Source: a bacterium (GTDB lineage: Bacteria > Patescibacteriota > Dojkabacteria > SC72). Taken from it: DNA of 33,353 nucleotides. Positions 27,501-33,353 of this stretch are shown piece by piece. Positions within the stretch are counted from its first letter, which is position 1, and each line of letters starts with the position of its first letter. The stretch covers positions 1 through 33,353 of the forward strand of contig JALHDC010000006.1 in the NCBI GenBank assembly GCA_022840695.1, written 5' to 3'. The notes below the pieces were generated by a model. The model ran no database searches, was not told the DNA's origin, and was given only the letters and a program-made list of their open reading frames with translations. The position numbers and the translations under genes were made by a program.

Positions 27501-29688
27501 ACATACCAGTTTTATATGCCACATTTAATGTCACTATGTAATTAGATAATCTATTATTATTATGAATATTATTTATTAAGACAGGATCTTTATATGTACA
27601 ACCTGTAGGCCCCGATACTGTGTTATAAGTATTAGAAAGAGTTAAAGGGACTCCAGAGGCTGCTTTGCCTGAGACTTTCCATTCCGAGCTATCTGAATCC
27701 ATAGAAGTTATTTGAACTTTATTTGTGCTTGTGGACCAACTATTCCATACTGTTCCATCACTGCTCATTCTGTACTGAAATTCAATATTTCCTGCTTGAT
27801 AGTTAGAGAGCACCTCCGAATCGGTTAGTATTCTTGAATAGAACCTTGTGGTATCAATACTCCCATAGAATCCGTTCCCTGTACCATACTGTATTCCTAT
27901 TCGAGGATAATGAGTTGCATCATACAAAATTGTAGATGTACTTGAATCTTCAACAACAAATTTTCCATCTACATACATTTTTATAGGTCCACCTTGGTTT
28001 ACAGTTATAACAACATGATACCATCGTCCAGCTTCTGCAAGCATTGTATCTGTAACAGAATCGATAACTCCTCCAGCATCATTTACAGTCACGAAATACA
28101 AATATCCGGAAGAGTTGATTTTAAGTACATAGCCTTTGTATCCGCTAGAATTTAAAGTCCCAAATATAGTCCTTTGAGAAGAAACATCTTTTAACCAAAA
28201 CCAAGACTCTAAAGAAAAGGTTTGTAAAGAATAGGCTTCTTGATTTCCCAAGGCAATTGCATCATCACTTCCGTCAAACATCACTGCACCGTTACCCCAT
28301 TTACGATAATCATTTGTCCAGCCTGTAGATACTGCAGCATCCTGTCCAGTAGTTGTCATGTTGCTCAATGTTCCGTTACAGGAACTACCACAACTACCAT
28401 CACTTATAGCTGTAGTTCCACTTGTTTCATTAAAATTCCATTGGGCAACTAATCCTGTCGTACTATATGGAATTTCGCCATTGCCTGTTTGTACTCCAGA
28501 TTCAGTCCATCCAAAATCTGAAATGGTAGAGGTAGCCGTAAAATCAATTATAGGAGATACATACTCTCCTGAAGAAAATCCCCCGTTTGTTTCTAATTGA
28601 ATTTTAGGACCATCTATACTTTCAGTTCTTTCGAAAAATCCATTATCAAATTGTACTTTTGTATTATGTACAATACTTGGATCTATTCTGACAGGAAAAA
28701 TTCTTTCAGAAGAAAATAACCAATTTATATCAACTATAACCTCAACCCTATAATTCTCACCTTCGCCTTCCTCCACATTCAGTATGACATCATATGTCTT
28801 ATTTCCGGCATTATCCACAGCCCAACTGGGAAGAAAATGTGCCACATAGTTACCATTGCTATCTTCAAAATAATAATTTTCGGTACTTTTCCCTTCCAAT
28901 GTAAACCATCCCCTTTTCAATTCCAAACCCTCGTCCAATTTAAGATCAAAAATAAATTCATTTAAAGGTAATTTACATTCAAATAAATTCCCTTTACATT
29001 CCTTCCCATACTCTTCTATGCTTCTGATTACTATTTCCTCCTTTAATCCCAAACCTTCTAATACTTGATACTCTATATCAACACCGTTTGCTACATTTTT
29101 ATTCACTACAGTCTTTTTTGATACTGGTTGTTCCGTATATTCTCCTATTACCCTACCACCCTCTACTAATTCTGTACTTGTTTTAATATCATCTGTTCCA
29201 ATAATTTCAGCAACACTTTTTATGACATCAGAACTATCGGACACTTCTAATTTCTCAGTTTCACTTAAATTCACACCTTGCAAACTCATCTCTATACCAT
29301 ACTCTTTCTTAGGTTTGGCCCAACCAGATATTTTAGTGAAAATATTTTCTTTTTTCTCTTCGAACGGATTTTTTGAACTACTCTTTGCTTCAAATCGAAC
29401 CCATTGTGTATCTGGCTGATCTCTTTTTCCAAATGCAACATTAAATGATGGATTTTTGCTTCCTAGTACAGCATTACTATTAGTAGGGAGAAAAAATATA
29501 TCATCATTAGGCTTTGGTTTAAGATATGAATATATAACAAAGGATAGAAGAATGATTAGGAACAATGATATGACAATAAAGAAGAGTTTAGGTTTCTTCT
29601 TAATGAAATTTTTCACTTCTCTAAATATTTTCCTTATACACCTTTTTGTTTTATCTAGGGCAGTTTTAAACATAGTAGATATTATCAT
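24526..29688 (-). CDS. 1720-aa membrane-anchored surface protein with three LamG-like domains and a DUF2341 domain
   Basis: N-terminal TM, GLKEEIVI...FPVRIDP region, three GLV/TIG.W.FDE...F.G.IDE.RI LamG-like units, M.SDFSDLRFT...LDY.I...VYMWYG (DUF2341). Confidence 0.85.
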   Translation of the reverse strand: MIISTMFKTALDKTKRCIRKIFREVKNFIKKKPKLFFIVISLFLIILLSFVIYSYLKPKPNDDIFFLPTNSNAVLGSKNPSFNVAFGKRDQPDTQWVRFEAKSSSKNPFEEKKENIFTKISGWAKPKKEYGIEMSLQGVNLSETEKLEVSDSSDVIKSVAEIIGTDDIKTSTELVEGGRVIGEYTEQPVSKKTVVNKNVANGVDIEYQVLEGLGLKEEIVIRSIEEYGKECKGNLFECKLPLNEFIFDLKLDEGLELKRGWFTLEGKSTENYYFEDSNGNYVAHFLPSWAVDNAGNKTYDVILNVEEGEGENYRVEVIVDINWLFSSERIFPVRIDPSIVHNTKVQFDNGFFERTESIDGPKIQLETNGGFSSGEYVSPIIDFTATSTISDFGWTESGVQTGNGEIPYSTTGLVAQWNFNETSGTTAISDGSCGSSCNGTLSNMTTTGQDAAVSTGWTNDYRKWGNGAVMFDGSDDAIALGNQEAYSLQTFSLESWFWLKDVSSQRTIFGTLNSSGYKGYVLKINSSGYLYFVTVNDAGGVIDSVTDTMLAEAGRWYHVVITVNQGGPIKMYVDGKFVVEDSSTSTILYDATHYPRIGIQYGTGNGFYGSIDTTRFYSRILTDSEVLSNYQAGNIEFQYRMSSDGTVWNSWSTSTNKVQITSMDSDSSEWKVSGKAASGVPLTLSNTYNTVSGPTGCTYKDPVLINNIHNNNRLSNYIVTLNVAYKTGMSSDFSDLRFTNSSGTDLDYFISSYTDSKTANILLEVDSIPSQSVGKVYMWYGSCTGGSASNAETTYLLYEDFDSFDSSKWTTSSTGTVSAISGYAYPSSFGTNNGSYHGPTITADLENIISETEGFIFDISVYWQVVSSGLATLKIALQNDNTVNNYIYYVDNHAATAESHEYLYDSVGNLYSACTADGAQCLTSGTWTSVRETRNESSNLTYSKNGTINYNNSANIPTINKLSISFGQYTTYAANTMRVDNIRLRKYSLPEPTAKVDTQNESIYMEGQGSLKAEIGSIQSDSNTIGYWKFDETAGSGAYLKDYSGSGNNGTPVGTAYSVGKVKGGRYFDGTDDYINLSTYASSVDVASITVSFWIKTTDDNGGYAVFLANADNSAFNGICLGNNCTSYCTNELITIATRRSGTDTNRVCYTTATRAELVDGEWHHVAIIANGSTYKIYLDGVSKTVTMGRGSNDGSWGDIANAAVFNFGRIVNDAEWLNGVLDEVKISNVERTSEEIVEEYRLGRGYEISKNISAMDLSNYSKIPIWIASDTLGNNLDLTYGGNAYVNNEPDSNTVGLWHLDEESGTGAYIKESGGSSLNGTPTGTTYSTNGKIGSARDFAAGTDRVTIANSPALNIVNNITIEAWINPDSIDSTGSWNRIVEKGENNQYSLSMSSASGYGLIARFYGTSTITTYSYVIPPLGKWSHVAVTYNGSTVKFYLNGFLVSSSANTGAISTTTGDLNIGNWVSATRGFDGKIDEVRISNIARTADEIREAYSIGMRTHTISVSFKADLQASNLITGSNDESFTISETNYGTTGHIENLNIGDSIVIKENYDGIEYSAQGTINSLNSDTGTVTVSSWNTGSTFPSVGYSIGATVFKWQKEYIDTRGVLPEYKDSITRLTFRKVGNEAVDFWIDDIVSAKYLTSATVQDETFNSARYFQYKAIFTTLDTDVSSYVSSVQIDYSEGALEGPTMDQIMRHGKWFGSYQKQNFWWAGTE

Positions 29689-29719
29689 TGTAAAATATAC
29701 ATAGCATATATTTCAGATC

Positions 29720-32700
29720 TTATAGTTTTCTGTCATATCCTATTTCAATATCACCCACTCTTACATAGTTATCATTAGAAGATGACATCTTGATTACTAA
29801 CATACATACATCTCCTGCTGATACACATTCTGTTAATCCTGATCCTGATATTGTTGTAGATTTCCATTGTCCTGCTACTGAAGATACTTGAGTTTCAGAG
29901 CTACCATCAACACTACCAGAGCTTTCTTCATACACATAGAAGTCTATCTTATTACTTGCACTGTTTGTAGATTCTGTTGCTAGATTAAAGGTTATACCTC
30001 CTGCAGACCAACTACCAAAATTAGATGGAAGAGTGAATCTAACCCTTACATCATAGTCATTTAGAGATACTTCTGAGCTATTCCATTCGTAGTAGTTCAT
30101 GGAATTATTTGTTGCATCGCTGCCAGATACCATATTACCTGTATTGTTGGTGCCATCTGCAGACAAGACCGCACCTGAGTACTCTGCAGAAAGGACAATT
30201 GATGTAAATAGAGGTCCTAATGCAATCCAATCAGTTCCATCATTTGTAAATTCTAATGCATTAGTAGATTCATTAAATCTTACCCAACCACTACTCCCTA
30301 ACTTAATACTTCCTCCCTGTACCTCTATATCTCCAGTCATTGTGAGGTTTCCATCAGAACCAACTACGAAGGAATCCACACCTAAGGTTTGAAGCTTAAG
30401 TAAATTACCTCCTGTGCCTGTTTTGTTAATCCATATGCTATTTGTAGAATTTTCACTATCTACCTGTGCCACAGACGGAGAGAGATTAACAGAAGCACTT
30501 GTTCCTTGAGATAGTTCAAATACTAATCCTCCTGTTACTACATCTAATCTTAGTTTTTGTGTAGCTCCAGAGTAGTTGTAAAGCCTTACTTTATTAGAAT
30601 CCACCTGTACTATTTCATATCCTACATTGTATGTAAAAGATATGCTGCTAAATGTAGGTCTAAATCTAGTATCTGTGGTTGTAAATATTACTCTGTACTG
30701 TAAGTAATCATTTGGAGTTGAGTATATTTCATCAAGACCACTGGTTGGTAGTACCTCAGCTTTTACATTGTCTATATAGTATGTATTTGTAGAGGATGTT
30801 AGATTGGTTATTCTTAATTTTGTTATAGCATTCCTATTTTCAGAAGCTATGTCTGTAATATCCCAATACACTTTCTGCCACTCTAGGCTATCAATTACAA
30901 TATTTTCTGTATGTTCATCCCCAGAACTTTCTCCCATACTAAAGGATAGCGATTGATTAATTACGGAAGCTTTAACCCACATAGTTATGTAATCATAGCC
31001 AGAAAGATCTATAGCAGATATAGTTGCTTCTGAGTATCCCCCATTGGTACTGGATACCATTTTGGTAATGTTTCCACTTGTTAGTTCATCTTCATCTTCA
31101 AAGAAATCTATATCTCTCGTGGTATCACCATCTGATACAGTTACATTAGTACCAACCCATGAGGATGCGTTGTCTGCATCTTGTAAGGTAGTGTTTGCAG
31201 AATTAGAGTCTGTGGGTCTCCACTCTTCCCATGATCCATCTGTGGGATCAGTAGTAGCTCCTGTTCTTGTTTGTATAGATATTTGACCGTATGTATCATT
31301 ATCAAAATTCCATCTGAAATCAGAGAATGAGCCAGCACCAAGTGTTGGGATAACATTGGAGTGATACATACCGTATGAGTATGAACCACCTTCGTAGAAG
31401 TTGGTAACACTTGGACTACCAGATGTACCAGAGTATGTTTCGGAGTAGTATACGGCTATACGACCGTCACCACCGTCTCCTCCTGTACCACCATTTGATG
31501 TACCGGCCGCTCCTGAGCCTCCACTTGCAAGAACCTTGGTACTACCTATATTGACTGTTGCTCCAACAATCAATATAGAGCCACCAGAGCCGCCACCACC
31601 ACCTGGTTGAAAGCTAGAACCTGTTCCAACAGCACCATTTGCACCATTCGATGTAATATTTCCTGATACTGTAATATTGTTTGAAAAGATAGAGATAATA
31701 CCAGCACCATTTCCACCATCTCCTCCTACAGCTACTCCACTATTATAATAACCCGCTTTACCACCTCCAGACCCCATCATCAATTTTGTCAATTCTGAAT
31801 TACCATATGTACCACCACCTCCACCCCCACCATAATGATTATCTGAGATACTATTTCCAGAACTATTTATGCCTCCACCATCAGAAACAATATCATTTGT
31901 ATATCGCCATCCACCATCTCCCGGCAAACCATAACCAGCTCCTGCACCTCCACCTATAGGGCCACCACCTCCACCTGAACCACCTCTTACTGGAGAACCA
32001 AAACCACCTATAAAACCAGATCCACCATCCACACCACCACCACCACCACAATAACCATCTCCTCCATTGCTATCCGCTCCTCCTCCTCCTGCGGAGCCAT
32101 TACTACCTACAGAGTTTTGTATCGCACCTAAACCACCTAAACCACAATATGCTTCTCCACCTTCCCCTCCTCTGTCTACACCAGAATCAGTCCATTCGTT
32201 TCCACCTTGATACCCCTTTCCATTTGCATGAACAGTTCCATTTATGTTAACCTCACCATTTGCTCTAAAAAGCATTACACCTCCTTTACTAGTCCTATAG
32301 AGGGAATTTTCATTCGTCTCCGTAGCCCATGCATCTGGATAGAAATTTACTCCGCTATTTACTGTCACATTCTGGTAATTCGGAACCCTTTGTAACATAA
32401 CTCTTTGGCTATTGGCAGTTGTACCTAGGTTCGTGTCATCAGTTAAACCATTTCCATAGTATTTTGTTTTTCCAGCTGTAAATCTTATTGTCGTATTTAT
32501 TATACTCTGTATCCTTAATGTCTCATAGTTCCCTACATTATCCATGGAAGAATATGTGCCCTGTAAGTTAATTATTAAGACTTCATCCCCAGGAGACAAA
32601 CAGCCTAAACTTGGAGCTCTGTTCAATGTAGCTTCCGTTCCAGCAGAATTAAATGAAAGAATATTGTAATTAACAGCATCACCTCCATCTGCACAACTTC

Positions 32701-33353
32701 TTCCAGCTATTAAACTAGTTCTATTAATATTTGTATTGTATGCTACTGTTACATTACCATCTCTTCCATCTCCTGTGTCTACACCTGATTCTAAGGAGAT
32801 GTCAGTTAGACCTATAATTGTTCTAATTATACCTGTTGGTGATTCCACCTCGTCATCACCAATGGTACTTGGATCTAATTCATAGAAGTTTGTTACTGCT
32901 GGTGTTCCAGATGTACCAGAGTATGTATCTGTGTAATAAATAGCTACTCTACCACTACCACCTGTACCACCATTATTTACTGCTGTATTACTAAATCTCC
33001 CGACTCCACTAGCTCCACCTGTAACAGTTAATAATGATGTACCAATATTTACACTTTCCGCATCTATTCTTACTGCACCACCTGCACCTCCACCACCAGC
33101 ACCAGTATAGTACGATGTACCGCTAGCACCATTTCCTCCCACAACACCATTACTTGCCAAACCTCCTGACACAGTGACAGAGCCTGCAACTATATATACT
33201 ACACCACCACCATCACCACCTGCACCTCCAAGCTCTCCAGCATTATCATTACCTCCTCTTCCACCACCTGAACCAAGCATTAATTTATTTAACCCTTCAT
33301 CCCCATACGTTCCTCCTCCTCCTCCTCCTCCCACATCGCTCGAGTCATAGCCA
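29720..33353 (-). CDS. Giant glycine-rich surface/adhesin-like protein, 5'-truncated (more than 1210 aa)
   Basis: The frame is open to the window edge (GYDSSDVGGGG...). Tandem Gly-rich modules homologous to 14617-16353, a beta-sandwich scaffold, a fibre-like segment and a C-terminal globular domain. Confidence 0.85.
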   Translation of the reverse strand, partial: GYDSSDVGGGGGGGTYGDEGLNKLMLGSGGGRGGNDNAGELGGAGGDGGGVVYIVAGSVTVSGGLASNGVVGGNGASGTSYYTGAGGGGAGGAVRIDAESVNIGTSLLTVTGGASGVGRFSNTAVNNGGTGGSGRVAIYYTDTYSGTSGTPAVTNFYELDPSTIGDDEVESPTGIIRTIIGLTDISLESGVDTGDGRDGNVTVAYNTNINRTSLIAGRSCADGGDAVNYNILSFNSAGTEATLNRAPSLGCLSPGDEVLIINLQGTYSSMDNVGNYETLRIQSIINTTIRFTAGKTKYYGNGLTDDTNLGTTANSQRVMLQRVPNYQNVTVNSGVNFYPDAWATETNENSLYRTSKGGVMLFRANGEVNINGTVHANGKGYQGGNEWTDSGVDRGGEGGEAYCGLGGLGAIQNSVGSNGSAGGGGADSNGGDGYCGGGGGVDGGSGFIGGFGSPVRGGSGGGGGPIGGGAGAGYGLPGDGGWRYTNDIVSDGGGINSSGNSISDNHYGGGGGGGTYGNSELTKLMMGSGGGKAGYYNSGVAVGGDGGNGAGIISIFSNNITVSGNITSNGANGAVGTGSSFQPGGGGGSGGSILIVGATVNIGSTKVLASGGSGAAGTSNGGTGGDGGDGRIAVYYSETYSGTSGSPSVTNFYEGGSYSYGMYHSNVIPTLGAGSFSDFRWNFDNDTYGQISIQTRTGATTDPTDGSWEEWRPTDSNSANTTLQDADNASSWVGTNVTVSDGDTTRDIDFFEDEDELTSGNITKMVSSTNGGYSEATISAIDLSGYDYITMWVKASVINQSLSFSMGESSGDEHTENIVIDSLEWQKVYWDITDIASENRNAITKLRITNLTSSTNTYYIDNVKAEVLPTSGLDEIYSTPNDYLQYRVIFTTTDTRFRPTFSSISFTYNVGYEIVQVDSNKVRLYNYSGATQKLRLDVVTGGLVFELSQGTSASVNLSPSVAQVDSENSTNSIWINKTGTGGNLLKLQTLGVDSFVVGSDGNLTMTGDIEVQGGSIKLGSSGWVRFNESTNALEFTNDGTDWIALGPLFTSIVLSAEYSGAVLSADGTNNTGNMVSGSDATNNSMNYYEWNSSEVSLNDYDVRVRFTLPSNFGSWSAGGITFNLATESTNSASNKIDFYVYEESSGSVDGSSETQVSSVAGQWKSTTISGSGLTECVSAGDVCMLVIKMSSSNDNYVRVGDIEIGYDRKL
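31419..32926. repeat. 20-bp direct repeat CCAGATGTACCAGAGTATGT at 31419-31438 and 32907-32926, marking a ~496-aa tandem module
   Basis: Both copies encode TYSGTSG within the duplicated GR.A.YY..TYSGTSG.P.VTNFYE module end. Spacing is 1488 bp, in frame. Confidence 0.85.

Noticed and set aside
33311-33331. (TCC)7 microsatellite
   Set aside because: An in-frame poly-Gly tract of the Gly-rich module. Length change would not shift the frame, so it is not a phase switch.
1-33353. Alternative genetic code (UGA=Gly as in Gracilibacteria/Absconditabacteria)
   Set aside because: Long ORFs are intact in code 11, and TGA terminates rlmN, the TPR gene and the MBL gene at expected lengths.

Overview
AT-rich bacterial chromosomal segment in genetic code 11 (TGA ends rlmN, the TPR gene and the MBL gene). 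Gene content strongly suggests a CPR/Patescibacteria genome, probably Dojkabacteria (WS6); this is inferred from a form III-like RuBisCO, archaeal-type ProRS, split ComEC and giant surface proteins. From left to right: a cyanophycin-synthetase-like ATP-grasp gene broken by a 10-bp tandem duplication, a RimK-like ATP-grasp ligase, a DUF1704 (MATCAP-like) zinc peptidase, mreB, trpS, a PEGA-domain protein, tRNA-Arg(CCT), uvrA, proS, RuBisCO, two cohesin-like proteins plus a dockerin/glycine-rich protein, rlmN, a TPR protein, tRNA-Pro(CGG), argS, tRNA-Arg(TCG), tRNA-Arg(GCG), split comEC, comEA, a cyclophilin and two very large secreted proteins (the last is truncated by the window edge). The most interesting signals are a non-cellulolytic cohesin-dockerin surface-display cluster, a nested domain-insertion architecture shared by the giant proteins, an ATP-grasp ligase/carboxypeptidase pair next to mreB, a GCG+TCG arginine decoding set beside argS, and repeated leaderless-type promoters. 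No CRISPR array, transposase or rRNA was seen.
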